From Solirubrobacteraceae bacterium (GTDB lineage: Bacteria; Actinomycetota; Thermoleophilia; Solirubrobacterales; Solirubrobacteraceae), in the NCBI GenBank assembly GCA_035939335.1, contig DASZFY010000047.1, forward strand, positions 11,604 through 75,603: a stretch of 64,000 bases of DNA, written 5' to 3'. The notes beneath the pieces are model-generated. The model ran no database searches and was not told where the DNA came from. It was given only the letters and a program-made list of their open reading frames with translations. Of this stretch, positions 9,840 through 19,490 are shown one piece after another. Position 1 is the stretch's first letter. The number at the start of each line of letters is the position of its first letter. The position numbers were made by a program, and so were the translations under genes.

Positions 9840-10820
9840 CTACCCGTGGCCGAGCACCGGGTGGGGCACGTACGGCTCCTCCACCCGCGCGATCTCCTCG
9901 TCACTGAGCGTCAGCTGCTCGGCGGCTAGCGCGTCCTGCAGGTGCTGGAGCTTGGTGGCGCCGACGATCGGCGCGGTCACGCCGGGCCTGTGCAGCAGCC
10001 ACGCGAGCGCGATCTGCGCCGGCGGGACGCCACGCTCAGCGGCGACCTCAGCGACGCGCTCGACGACGTCGAAGTCGGTGGGCTGGTCGTACAGGTAGTC
10101 GGTGAACTGGTCGCTGCCCGCGCGCGTCGTGCGCCGCTCGCCCGATCGCGTTCGGTTGCCGGCGAGGACGCCGCGCGCGAGCGGACTCCAGGGGATCACG
10201 CCGACGCCCTGGTCGATGCACAGCGGGATCATCTCGCGCTCCTCCTCGCGGTAGAGCAGGTTGTAATGGTTCTGCATCGACACGAAGCGGCTGTGGCCGG
10301 CGCGCTCGGCGACGTGCTGGGCCTTGGCGAACTGCCACGCGAACATGCTGCTCGCGCCGATGTAGCGCGCCTTGCCGGCGCGCACGACCTCGTGCAGCGC
10401 CTGCATCGTCTCCTCGATTGGCGTGCGCGGATCCCAGCGATGGATCTGGTAGAGGTCGACGTAGTCCATGCCCAGACGCTGCAGCGACGCGTCGATCGCA
10501 CTGAGGATGTGCTTGCGCGACAGGCCGCCGCCGTTCTCGCCCGGTGTCATCGGCATGAAAACCTTGGTCGCCACGACGAGCTCCTCGCGCGTGAGCAGCT
10601 TTGACAGAAGGCGCCCGGTGGCGAGCTCGCTGGCGCCCTGCGAGTAGGTGTCGGCTGTGTCGAAGAACGTGATGCCGCCCTCGACCGCCGCGCGCACGAT
10701 CGGCTCCGCGGCCTGCTCGTCGATCACCCACGGTTTGTCGCTGTCGTTGCCTATGCTCATCATCCCCAGGCACACGCGCGAAACGCGCAGGCCCGTCGCT
10801 CCGAGATTCACGTACTGCAT
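9840..10820 (-). CDS. Aldo/keto reductase
   Basis: LGATGLRVSRVCLG, FFDTADTY, VATK, DLYQIHRWD, IPWSPLARG. Confidence 0.95.
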   Translation of the reverse strand: MQYVNLGATGLRVSRVCLGMMSIGNDSDKPWVIDEQAAEPIVRAAVEGGITFFDTADTYSQGASELATGRLLSKLLTREELVVATKVFMPMTPGENGGGLSRKHILSAIDASLQRLGMDYVDLYQIHRWDPRTPIEETMQALHEVVRAGKARYIGASSMFAWQFAKAQHVAERAGHSRFVSMQNHYNLLYREEEREMIPLCIDQGVGVIPWSPLARGVLAGNRTRSGERRTTRAGSDQFTDYLYDQPTDFDVVERVAEVAAERGVPPAQIALAWLLHRPGVTAPIVGATKLQHLQDALAAEQLTLSDEEIARVEEPYVPHPVLGHG

Positions 10821-11078
10821 GTGCTACCTCCGATGGATCGTTTCCGCGAGCACGCACCCGACGTGATCGAGCTTAGAACCTGGCTTCTAGGCCACGCACG
10901 GCGGATGCCTGCGACGAGCCCGTGTGGACGGCCAATAGAACATACGTCCAGGCGCATATCTCGACCGGTCAGCATGAAATGCGCAATTTCCACGAATTCT
11001 CGTGCAGCTCTACAGAGAGCGGGGAAATGGCCGAGACAGTGGCAGGGCACGGTGGCTCACCACGCAATCGGAGGAGCG

Positions 11079-11459
11079 ATGGGATTTTTCTACATCAGTG
11101 ACGACGGCACGGTCGGCGACGCCGAGCACGGCAACGCTGTCGTCGTGCTGGTCGCAGGCGGTGAGATCGACTACGCCGTCAGCCCGCAGCTCAAGGAGCG
11201 CATCGCCGGGCGCATCGACGAGGGCTTCACGCGCGTGGTGCTGGATCTGTCGACGGCGACGTTCGTCGACTCGACGGCCATCGGCGCGCTCGTCAGCGCC
11301 GCCACGAGACTGCACGACCTCGGCGAGGGGACGCTCGCGATCGTGTGCCCGGAGGAGAACACGCGCGTGCTGCGCATCTTCGAGATCGCCGGTGTCGAGA
11401 GCCTGATCGCGCTGCACAGCTCGCGCGAGGAGGCCGTCGCGGAACTCGCGGTGGTATGA
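11079..11459 (+). CDS. STAS-domain anti-anti-sigma factor (RsbV/SpoIIAA-like)
   Basis: GEID...VVLDLSTATFVDSTAIG with the phosphoacceptor Ser; GGAGGAG SD upstream. Confidence 0.9.
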   Translation: MGFFYISDDGTVGDAEHGNAVVVLVAGGEIDYAVSPQLKERIAGRIDEGFTRVVLDLSTATFVDSTAIGALVSAATRLHDLGEGTLAIVCPEENTRVLRIFEIAGVESLIALHSSREEAVAELAVV

Positions 11460-11460
11460 G

Positions 11461-11898
11461 ATGGGCGCTCACCTCCAACAAGTCGTCAGCCACCATGACG
11501 CCCCGATCGGGCTCCCCGCGAGCGAACTGCACCTGCCAGCGCGGCCGGCGAAGCTCGGTGCAGCGAGGCAATACGCGCACGAGGTCGCGGCGGCATTCGG
11601 CTTCGACTCAGACCGGTGCTACGAGATCGCGTTCGCGGTCAACGAGGCGGCAACCAACGCGATCAGACACGGCAAGCCCGACGAGCACGGGTGCATCCAC
11701 CTCAGCGCGCTCGCCGACGGCGACCGCCTAACGCTCGCGGTGCGCGACTGCGGGACGTTCGTCGCGTGCGCCGGCGCTACGGACGCGCTGGCCGAAAGCG
11801 GCCGCGGCTTCGCGCTGATGGAGCGGCTGATGGACGCCGTCCAGCTGTGTGTGTCGTGCGGAAGCACCACCGTGCGCTTGTCCAAGGCGCGTGCGTGA
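11461..11898 (+). CDS. Anti-sigma factor Ser kinase (RsbW-like HATPase)
   Basis: AVNEAATNAIRHG, VRDCG, ESGRGFALM. Confidence 0.88.
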   Translation: MGAHLQQVVSHHDAPIGLPASELHLPARPAKLGAARQYAHEVAAAFGFDSDRCYEIAFAVNEAATNAIRHGKPDEHGCIHLSALADGDRLTLAVRDCGTFVACAGATDALAESGRGFALMERLMDAVQLCVSCGSTTVRLSKARA

Positions 11899-11899
11899 A

Positions 11900-11971
11900 T
11901 GGGCGCGGCGGGTTTCGAACCTGCGACCTCTCGCGTGTGAAGCGAGCGCTCTCCCACTGAGCTACGCGCCC
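11900..11971 (-). tRNA. tRNA-Val (CAC)
   Basis: Minus strand GGGCGCGTAGCTCAGTGGGAGAGCG-CTCGC TTCACAC GCGAG-AGGTCGCAGGTTCGAAACCCGCCGCGCCCA; no encoded CCA. Confidence 0.97.
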
Positions 11972-12273
11972 TGGGCCTTGAGTCTATTGGCTCTGCGTGT
12001 CGGCCGGCGGGGTCGGCCGGGGGCGGCACGCGCCTCGGACTCCAGAAGCTCCGCATGGACATCGAGAGGCGGTGCCTGGGCTACACTGCGCACCGCGGCG
12101 CCTCGCGACAGTGCGAGCGCCCGTTCAGTATCCGCGGGAGCCTATATCGATCGGCGAGCGGGTGCTGATAGGAGCCCGGGCGACAGTTCTGCGGATCTGA
12201 GCGACGTAACCGCCTTCGAGGATGCTGAGGATCCCGGGTCCGGGTAGTAGCGCCGCCACCGTTTGCGCCAGCG

Positions 12274-13107
12274 TCACTGCCTGAACCGGGAGACGTCGAG
12301 GGCCACATTTGACGCTATCGCTTGCAGTTCCGAAGCTTCATGCTTCGGTAGCCCGGCGTGATATGCCAGGCCGTTTGGGCTCTGCCGAAAGACCGTGGCA
12401 TAGAACACGCAAGCCGCGAGATAGGTGCCCTTGATGGTCGGATGGCTACCGTCGCTTTGCCAAAGACCCGAGCTTGCCTCTGTTTCGAACACCTTCGCCC
12501 ACGCGTAGCCCACGGGCGCGACGGTCGCATGTAGTTCCCGCGCGATGACGAGATATCCATCGTCAACCGCAGACTGCATGCTGGCGTAGCCGATTAGCCC
12601 ATCCTGCGGCCATCCTGTCCGATGGGCCCAGGTGAGATAGAGCATCGGCTGCGCTCCTGCGTCTCGGGTCATGCGGACGAGTTGCCGGACTGCCGGGTAC
12701 ATCTCGGCTTGACGGAAGCGTTCGATCGACGGGATCTCGCTCTGCTCTTGGAGTACTACCACGTTCCATCTTGCGGAACGAAGCGCTTTTTCGGTTTCAG
12801 GGGAGGCAAGATGGTCTGCGAGCGTTGCGCCGCCTTCGGCCAAGATGCCCGTCTCGACGGTACGGCCGCCTGCGCGCGCGAGCCTCGCGAACATCGCTGG
12901 AAGATGGTTGACGTAGGTATAGCTGTTGCCAATAAAGAGCAAACGACACGGGGCCGAGATGCTCAGCGTGGCGCAACCAGACTCGCTGTGGTCAGGGGAG
13001 CTGTTGGAACATCCAACCAACATCAGCCCGCACGTAGCAACGAGCAGCGTGCTGACCATGCCCCAGAGTGTGCGCATCCCAACTGAATGTGGTCGAAATG
13101 AGTACAT
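12274..13107 (-). CDS. SGNH/GDSL-hydrolase-like putative lipoprotein
   Basis: LFIGNSYT (block I), VVLQEQS, DGSHP (block V); LVGC lipobox-like motif; lower GC. Start uncertain. Confidence 0.8.
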   Translation of the reverse strand: MYSFRPHSVGMRTLWGMVSTLLVATCGLMLVGCSNSSPDHSESGCATLSISAPCRLLFIGNSYTYVNHLPAMFARLARAGGRTVETGILAEGGATLADHLASPETEKALRSARWNVVVLQEQSEIPSIERFRQAEMYPAVRQLVRMTRDAGAQPMLYLTWAHRTGWPQDGLIGYASMQSAVDDGYLVIARELHATVAPVGYAWAKVFETEASSGLWQSDGSHPTIKGTYLAACVFYATVFRQSPNGLAYHAGLPKHEASELQAIASNVALDVSRFRQ

Positions 13108-13217
13108 GTGTGCACGTATCGACCGCCGCGGACCGGTCTTCAGTTACCTTTCCGAGCGCTGAAAAAAACCGCGCTCCCACGGCCACCGGCTCGCGTCGCC
13201 AATCACGCGCCCAGCGC

Positions 13218-13907
13218 TCAAGACCCGAGCCGAACGCTCGCGTGTCTGTACAGGCGGTCGTTCGCTTCGGAGTAGCTGGTAGCGAGGGCGTTGACTGCCG
13301 CGGGCGTGAGCGAGGTACCGAACGCGCTGGCGCCGCCAAGCCTTTGATAGTCGATCGGCATCTGCTTACCGATCTGCGCGAGCCCGAAGTGCGCGTCGTA
13401 GATGCTCTCGATGTACAGCGCCACGTTCGCACGCGCGAAGCGCGCGGCCGCGGCGGAGCCATGTTCGGCCTGTTCGATCGCCGCGCTGATCAGCCGCCAG
13501 CCGCGTACGGCGAGCAGGTAGTACGCGCGGAACGTGCCCGCGAGGCTGGTGGCGGGGCCTGTGAGCGAGGCGGCTTGCTTTTCTTCGAACAGCGCTGGCA
13601 GGCGCAGCAGGGCTGCGCGTTCGGTAGCGCTGCGGATGGCGGTCCGTGGGAGCTTGTGGATGTCGGCGGGCAGGCCGTCGATGACCAGCGGCCACGCCGC
13701 CTTGGTGGCGAGGACCTCGCTGCGCACCGACGTCTCCTGTGCGCCGAGCGCCCGAGCCACCGCGGCCAGGTCGGCGCGCTCGAGGCTCGACTCGGCGGCA
13801 GTCGCGTGGGCTCCTGATCCGCAGCCGGCGAGCGCGAGCGCGCCGCCGCCGAGCATCACGAGCGCCGCGAGGCTACCGATCGCTCGTGATCGGTAGCCGA
13901 TACGCAC
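13218..13907 (-). CDS. Hypothetical lipoprotein
   Basis: Signal peptide ending LAGC; helical Ala-rich mature part. Confidence 0.65.
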   Translation of the reverse strand: MRIGYRSRAIGSLAALVMLGGGALALAGCGSGAHATAAESSLERADLAAVARALGAQETSVRSEVLATKAAWPLVIDGLPADIHKLPRTAIRSATERAALLRLPALFEEKQAASLTGPATSLAGTFRAYYLLAVRGWRLISAAIEQAEHGSAAAARFARANVALYIESIYDAHFGLAQIGKQMPIDYQRLGGASAFGTSLTPAAVNALATSYSEANDRLYRHASVRLGS

Positions 13908-13948
13908 GCCACGCGGTACGGTCTTGCGCGAGGCTGCCGTCGCTCTGC

Positions 13949-14554
13949 CTAGACGCTCAGCAGGTCGACCACGAATATGAGCGGCGCGTTCGGCGGGATC
14001 GCGGGCGGCGAGCCTTTGACGCCATATGCGAGCGCCGATGGAATTATCAGCTCACGCCGGCCGCCGACCTTCATGCCTGGGATGCCCTGGTCCCAGCCAG
14101 GGATGACCTGGCCTTTGCCGAGCGAGAACGAGAACGGTTCGTTGCGTTTCCACGAGGCGTCGAACTCCTTGCCGCCTTTGTACAGAACGCCCACGTAGTT
14201 GACAGTCACCGTGTCGCCGGCCTTGGCTTCGGCGCCGGTCCCTGCGATCAGTTCTTTGGTTTCGAGCTTCGTCGGCGCTGGGCCGGACGGTGGCGTCACC
14301 TTCGGTTCTTTCGACAGCGGCCCCGTCGTCGGCGTTTTTGCGGGCGTGGTCGGTGTGGTGGAGGCGGTGGTGCTTTCGCCTGCTTTGACCAGCGAGCTGT
14401 CGGCGCTGTTCTCGTTGCCTACGGTGATCGTGCTCGAGCCGCCCGAGCTGCCGCAGGCGGCGATCAGGAACGCTGCGCCCACTGCCGCGGCGCCGGCACC
14501 GGCGCGGGAGCGAAAGGTGGAGCGGGAGGTGTGGAAGTTCTTGAAGTAGTTCAC
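13949..14554 (-). CDS. FKBP-type peptidyl-prolyl isomerase, lipoprotein
   Basis: VNYVG...FDASW...VIPGWDQGIPGMKVGGRRELIIPSALAYG...IPPNAPLIFVVDL; LIAAC lipobox. Confidence 0.95.
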   Translation of the reverse strand: MNYFKNFHTSRSTFRSRAGAGAAAVGAAFLIAACGSSGGSSTITVGNENSADSSLVKAGESTTASTTPTTPAKTPTTGPLSKEPKVTPPSGPAPTKLETKELIAGTGAEAKAGDTVTVNYVGVLYKGGKEFDASWKRNEPFSFSLGKGQVIPGWDQGIPGMKVGGRRELIIPSALAYGVKGSPPAIPPNAPLIFVVDLLSV

Positions 14555-14607
14555 GGGCGGGCAGCCTATCGGAACTTCGGCCGCTGCGTGTGCGTTACGA
14601 TCAGTGT

Positions 14608-14883
14608 TGGACCGTGCTAGGCGGGGAGGTAGCGGTGCCCTGAATCCGCAATCCGCTCTAGCGGGGCTGAACTCCCCTCCGAGGGGTTCCGACCCCGGTT
14701 GCTCCGTCGCTCGGGGCGTCGATGGTTCGGGTCCCGCGCGGTGTCGGCTTGCGAACCAGGTCAGGTCCGGAAGGAAGCAGCCTTAAGCGATCACCGGCAG
14801 GCGCAGCGGGAGCTCCCGGACCGGAGTCGTGGGCGACGATCGGCGCCGGGTGTCGCGGATCTCGACGAGGGGTGCACGGTCCA
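14608..14883 (+). ncRNA. ffs: Large bacterial SRP RNA with Alu domain
   Basis: Ends pair (TGGACCGTGC/GCACGGTCCA); helix 8 CAGGTCAGGTCCGGAAGGAAGCAGCC; 5' GCGGGGAGGTAGCGGTGCCCTG...CAATCCGCTCTAGC resembles Bacillus scRNA; upstream of dnaX. Confidence 0.93.
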
Positions 14884-14901
14884 TCTCTTGAATAGAAAAC
14901 G

Positions 14902-14923
14902 CTGTATAGCCATGGTTACACAG
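14902..14923. repeat. Dispersed AT-rich palindrome, copy 2 (CTGTATAGC-CATG-GTTACACAG)
   Basis: 18 bp after the SRP RNA 3' end; flanks agaaaacg / catttgcaa match copy 1 inverted. Confidence 0.8.
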
Positions 14924-14961
14924 CATTTGCAAAGTGGAACATGGTGCACGCTGCCGCGCGT

Positions 14962-15065
14962 CGGCAACGGCACCGCGGCAACGGCACCGCGGCACCGCGG
15001 CACGGCGGCAACGGCACGGCGGCAACGGCGGCAACGGCGCGGCAACAACGGCGGCGCGCCGCGGC
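14962..15065. repeat. Low-complexity CGGCAA/CGGCAC tandem tract
   Basis: cggcaacggcaccgcggcaacggcaccgcggcaccgcggcacggcggcaacggc... Confidence 0.75.
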
Positions 15066-15068
15066 GAC

Positions 15069-16604
15069 CTACCCGCACCGGTGGAAGATCAGCCAGGAGT
15101 GGTTGCTGGCGACCTCGTTGAAGCCGGGTGGCACGCTGACGTGCTTAGGGACTGGATCGCGCGGGTCGAGCACGTAGTCTTCTTCGACTTCCTTGGTGGC
15201 GGGGTCGACGTAGACACCGGAGGCGATGTGTCCGGCTTCGGGGCTGACGATGTTGCGGGGGCTGGTTTGGAGATACAGCGCGAGCAGCGGAATGGGCGCG
15301 TGATTGGGCACGCCGACGGGCCCGCAGCGGAGGCTGATGGCGCCCTGGTGGACGAGCGCGAGCAGTTCGCCTTCGATTTCGTGGGTGTGCGCGAGTTTGC
15401 CGAGTTGGCGATGCGCGGATTGGTACTGCGAGGGGATGTAGGCGATCAGCGCGACGAGCACGAGCGCGCCGCTGGCCATCCACCAGCGCCGCCGCGCGTC
15501 GCCTGGCGGCAGACGGGTCCAGCCGAAGGCGCCGGCGCCGGCAAAGATGCACAGGATGGCGGAGGCGAGGAACGCGTAGCGGCTGTTGATGGGCAGGCCG
15601 ATACTGGCGAAGGCGGCGAAGACGACAACGGCGATCACGCCGGCGACCGCTCCGAGCAGCGCGCGGCGGCGCAGCCATAGCAGCGAGAGCACGCCACCGA
15701 GCGCGGCGGCGACGAGCACAGGCGGCCGCAGGATTTCGCCGATCCGGCGCGGGATGTACTCAGGCACCTTCGCGATTCCGGTCTCGCGGTGGAGCGTTTC
15801 GGCGGTTTGCTGGGTGTTGGTGAGCGACCACAATGGATCGCCGGTGACGGCGAGGTCGCTGAGCACCCAGATCAATGGTGCGGCGGCGGCGAGCAGCGTG
15901 AGGCGCACGATCTCGCCGCGAGGCAGCCGCCGCCAAGCTGGCGCTGGATCCACCTCTCCGGCCTGCGTCGCGCCCCCGCCCGCTCGTCCGCGCGAGCTGC
16001 TGCGCGCCCACCTCGGCACGAGGTCCATGAGGTACAGGAAGTACAGCCCGGAGAACGCCCACGCCTCGGGCCGCAGCAGCCCGGCGAGCGCGAGCAGCAC
16101 GAGCACTGGCGCCCCGGCGGGCCCGCCGCGTGCGTGCCGGTGACGCGACTCTACGACGAGGGCGCAGAGCACGAGCGCGAGGTAGGGAAGGTCGATGTAG
16201 GCGCGCACGCCATAGGAGAGGACGGGAACGCGGGTGAGGAAGATGAGCACGGAGAGCGCGCCGGCGGCCCAGCCAAACCATTGGGCGCCGAGCCGGTAGA
16301 TAGCCCAGCCGCAGGTGGACAGGGCGAGGAAGCCGAGTGCGACGGTGACGTCCTCGACGGCGCGCGGTCCGAGCGGCGCGAGCACGAGGCCGATTGCCTC
16401 GAGCAGCGGGTGTGGCGTGGGGGCGATGGGCACGCCGTAGGCGGGGGTGGTCCCGCGCGAGAGCTGCCCGCCCCAGGCGAGCGCGTAGAGGGTGTCGTAG
16501 TTGGCGTAGCCGACGCCGGCGATGATGCGCAGCGCGAGCGCCCCGCAGGCGATGGCGAGCGGCGCGCCAAGACGCGCGCGCCAGCGCTCGATCGAGGCTG
16601 TCAT
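15069..16604 (-). CDS. Polytopic membrane protein, GT-C glycosyltransferase-like
   Basis: Likely ATG 16604 (MTASIERW); NYDT after TM1, PTPHPL, YIDL, LLRPE, SRY; many TM segments. The ORF-track extension to 17219 is antisense to dnaX. Confidence 0.65.
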   Translation of the reverse strand: MTASIERWRARLGAPLAIACGALALRIIAGVGYANYDTLYALAWGGQLSRGTTPAYGVPIAPTPHPLLEAIGLVLAPLGPRAVEDVTVALGFLALSTCGWAIYRLGAQWFGWAAGALSVLIFLTRVPVLSYGVRAYIDLPYLALVLCALVVESRHRHARGGPAGAPVLVLLALAGLLRPEAWAFSGLYFLYLMDLVPRWARSSSRGRAGGGATQAGEVDPAPAWRRLPRGEIVRLTLLAAAAPLIWVLSDLAVTGDPLWSLTNTQQTAETLHRETGIAKVPEYIPRRIGEILRPPVLVAAALGGVLSLLWLRRRALLGAVAGVIAVVVFAAFASIGLPINSRYAFLASAILCIFAGAGAFGWTRLPPGDARRRWWMASGALVLVALIAYIPSQYQSAHRQLGKLAHTHEIEGELLALVHQGAISLRCGPVGVPNHAPIPLLALYLQTSPRNIVSPEAGHIASGVYVDPATKEVEEDYVLDPRDPVPKHVSVPPGFNEVASNHSWLIFHRCG

Positions 16605-16695
16605 GGGGCGGGACGGTACCCGCTGGCGCGGCCGGCGGAGCTCGGCGGAGGGCGTCTCGAGCCCACCCACCCGCGTGAGTAGACTCAGGCGAACG

Positions 16696-18480
16696 GTGTC
16701 GGTAGAGGAGCAGCCACAGGACGAGCAGCGCTCGGAGAGCCAGCGGCGCTCGCTGTATCGCAGGCACCGGCCGCGGACGTTCGCGGAGGTGGTGGGCCAG
16801 GAGCCGGTGGTGCGGACGCTGCGCAACGCGGTGCAGCGCGACGCGGTGCACCATGCGTACCTGTTCGTGGGCTCGCGCGGCACGGGCAAGACGTCGATGG
16901 CGAAGATCCTGGCGGCGTGCTTGAACTGCGAGCGCGGCCCGACGATCGAGCCGTGTGGCGTGTGCGACTCGTGCGTGTCGATCGCGGGGGCGACGTCGCT
17001 GGACGTGATCGAGATGGACGCGGCGTCGAACAACTCGGTGGATGACATCCGCGACCTGCGCGACAGCGTGGCGTACGCGCCGGTGAGCGGGCGGCGCAAG
17101 GTGTACATCCTGGACGAGGCGCACATGCTGTCGACGGCGGCGTGGAACGCTTTCTTGAAGACGCTAGAGGAGCCGCCGCCGAACACGGTGTTCGTGCTGG
17201 CGACGACGGAGGCGAACAAGGTGCCGGCGACGGTGGTGGACCGCTGTCACCGCTTTGACTTCCACCGCCCGACGGTGGAGCAGATCGCGAGCGTCGTGCG
17301 CAGGGCGGCGCAGGCGGAGTCGATCGAGATCCCGCCGGCGGCGGTGGCGGCGCTGGCACGCCACGCGACGGGCAGCTTCCGCGACGCGCTGGGCACGCTG
17401 GAGCAGATCGTGACGTACAGCGGCCGGGAGATCGCGCTGGAGGACGTGCTGGCGGTGCTGGGGGTGGCGGATGCGCGGTTGCTAGAAGAGACGGTGGACG
17501 CGGTGGCGGCGGGCGACGCGGCGCGCGCGCTGCGCACGCTGGAGGAGTGCGTGGAGCAGGGTCGCGACGCGGGCTCGTTCGCGTCTGACCTGGAGGTGCG
17601 CGCGCGCGAGCTGCTGGTGGTTCAGGTCCTTGGTGAAGTGCCGGCGGAGCTATCGCTGACGCCGGAGGCGGACGCGGCGCTGAGCGCGCAGGCGCAGCGC
17701 GTGGACCACGCGACGGTGGTGCGCGTGCTGGAGCTGTTGGGCGAGGCGATGGAGGGCGTGCGCGCGGGCGCGGACGCACGCACTCGCCTGGAGCTGGCGC
17801 TGGTAAAGGCGGCGAGACCTGAGACGGACGGCTCGACGCGGGCGCTGCTGGCGCGGATCGAGCGGCTGGAACGCGGGACCCCGCGCGCGGGCGTCGAGAG
17901 CGAGCCAGTGCGGCCGTCCGAGCCAGAGCGTGAGCCAGCGTCGGCCGCCGTGCCCGAGCCGGAGCTCGTGCCTGAGCCGGCGCGGGAGCCGGAGCCCGCA
18001 CCGGAGCCGGTGTCGGACCCGGTGCCGCGGGACATCGAGTCGGTGTACGCGCTGTGGCCGGCGGTGGTGGAGCTGGTGCGCAGCGAGCATGCGCTGCTGG
18101 GGGCTGTGATCGGCGAAGCGCGACCGGTGGCGGTGGACGGCGACGAGCTGACGCTGGCGTACCCGTTCACGGCGGAGTTCTACAAGAAGAAGGCTGAGGA
18201 CCCGGCGAACCGCGCGGCGGTTGGTGAGGCGCTGGGCGCGCTGGCGGGCGGGCGCTGGAGGCTGCGCTACGAGCTGCGCGAGACGCCGGCGTCAGAGGAC
18301 GGCGCGGCGGCGGGCGGGCGCTCGGAGGAGGAGTGGGTGGCGCGCTTCAAGGAGGAGTTCGACGCGGAGGAGCTCACGGATGAGGAGTCGCGGAACGGCG
18401 GCGAGGCGCAGGCGAGCGACGAGGATGTGCAGGACGAGCGCGGCGCACAGGCCGCGACTGGCAACGAGAAAGGCGCGTGA
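16696..18480 (+). CDS. dnaX: DNA polymerase III subunit gamma/tau
   Basis: LYRRHRPRTF, GSRGTGKTS, CLNC..PCGVCDSC, EMDAAS, ILDEAHML, LKTLEEPP; Pro/Glu-rich linker. Confidence 0.97.
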   Translation: MSVEEQPQDEQRSESQRRSLYRRHRPRTFAEVVGQEPVVRTLRNAVQRDAVHHAYLFVGSRGTGKTSMAKILAACLNCERGPTIEPCGVCDSCVSIAGATSLDVIEMDAASNNSVDDIRDLRDSVAYAPVSGRRKVYILDEAHMLSTAAWNAFLKTLEEPPPNTVFVLATTEANKVPATVVDRCHRFDFHRPTVEQIASVVRRAAQAESIEIPPAAVAALARHATGSFRDALGTLEQIVTYSGREIALEDVLAVLGVADARLLEETVDAVAAGDAARALRTLEECVEQGRDAGSFASDLEVRARELLVVQVLGEVPAELSLTPEADAALSAQAQRVDHATVVRVLELLGEAMEGVRAGADARTRLELALVKAARPETDGSTRALLARIERLERGTPRAGVESEPVRPSEPEREPASAAVPEPELVPEPAREPEPAPEPVSDPVPRDIESVYALWPAVVELVRSEHALLGAVIGEARPVAVDGDELTLAYPFTAEFYKKKAEDPANRAAVGEALGALAGGRWRLRYELRETPASEDGAAAGGRSEEEWVARFKEEFDAEELTDEESRNGGEAQASDEDVQDERGAQAATGNEKGA

Positions 18481-18830
18481 TGCCAAAGCAGCCGCGGATG
18501 CCGAACATGCAGCAGATGATGGCTCAGGTGCAGAAGATGCAGAAGGACATGGAGCTGGCGCAGGAGCAGCTGAAGCACGAAGTGGTGGAGGCGTCGGCGG
18601 GCGGCGGCATGGTGACGGTGAAGGTGAGCGGTGCGCTGGAGGTGCGCGAGATCAGGATCGACCCGGCCGTGGTGGACCCGGAGGACGTGGAGATCCTGGC
18701 GGACATGGTGCTGGCGGCGGTGAACGAGGCGCTGCGGATGGCGCAGGAGCTGGCGGAGAGCAAGCTGGGCGGTGCGACTGCGGGCCTCGACTTGGGCAGC
18801 CTCGGCGGCCTGGGCCTGCCGGGGCTGTGA
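18480..18830 (+). CDS. ybaB: YbaB/EbfC nucleoid-associated protein
   Basis: QKMQ...AGGGMVTVKVSG...DPEDVEILADMVLAAVNEA; between dnaX and recR. Confidence 0.95.
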   Translation: MPKQPRMPNMQQMMAQVQKMQKDMELAQEQLKHEVVEASAGGGMVTVKVSGALEVREIRIDPAVVDPEDVEILADMVLAAVNEALRMAQELAESKLGGATAGLDLGSLGGLGLPGL

Positions 18831-18837
18831 TGCACAG

Positions 18838-19455
18838 GTGAGCACGACGTCGTATGCGCCGCCGGTGCAGCGGCTGGTGACGGAGCTGTCGAAGCTGCCT
18901 GGCATCGGCAGCCGTACGGCGCAGCGTCTGGCGTTTCACATCTTGCGCGCGTCGGGCGAGGACGCGAGCGCGCTGGCGCAGGCGATCGTGGAGGTGAAGG
19001 AGAAGATCGGGCTGTGCGAGGTGTGCTTCAACCTGACGGACGAGGCGCGCTGTCGCATCTGCGAGGACCCGCGCCGCGACCATGCGCTGATCTGCGTGGT
19101 GGAGGAGCCAAGCGACGTGATCCCGATGGAGCGCACGCACGAGTACCACGGCGTGTACCACGTGCTGGGCGGCGCGCTGTCGCCGATCGACGGCGTGGAC
19201 CCGGAGGACTTGAAGATCGCGGAGCTATTCGCGCGCGTGACGGCGCCGGACGCGGTGGTGCGCGAAGTGGTGCTGGCGACGAACCCGACGACGACGGGCG
19301 AGGCGACTGCGCTGCACGTGGCGGAGGAGCTGCGCGCGCGCGCGCCGGAGATCACGGTGACCCGCCTGGCGAGCGGCCTGCCGGTGGGCTCGGACCTGGA
19401 GTACGCGGACGAGGTGACGCTGGGCAAGGCGTTCGCTGGTCGTCGCGCTGTCTAG
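18838..19455 (+). CDS. recR: Recombination mediator RecR
   Basis: LPGIGSRTAQRLAF, C4 zinc finger, YHVLGGALSP, GEATA, LEYADEVTL. Confidence 0.97.
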   Translation: MSTTSYAPPVQRLVTELSKLPGIGSRTAQRLAFHILRASGEDASALAQAIVEVKEKIGLCEVCFNLTDEARCRICEDPRRDHALICVVEEPSDVIPMERTHEYHGVYHVLGGALSPIDGVDPEDLKIAELFARVTAPDAVVREVVLATNPTTTGEATALHVAEELRARAPEITVTRLASGLPVGSDLEYADEVTLGKAFAGRRAV

Positions 19456-19490
19456 GCGTTCGCGGGACGCCGCGCGGCCCAGGCGTTCGC
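19427..19490. repeat. 27-bp-period degenerate tandem repeat spanning the recR stop
   Basis: AGGCGTTCGC at 19427, 19454 and 19481 with similar intervening sequence. Confidence 0.6.

Noticed and set aside
11900-11925. tRNA-Val as att site of an integrated element
   Set aside because: No integrase and no convincing duplicate of the tRNA 3' end seen in the window.
11972-12273. Gene or pseudogene between tRNA-Val and the SGNH hydrolase
   Set aside because: Lower-GC spacer with no recognisable motif or credible start.
16696-18480. Programmed frameshift in dnaX
   Set aside because: No A-AAA-AAG or poly-A slippage tract seen.
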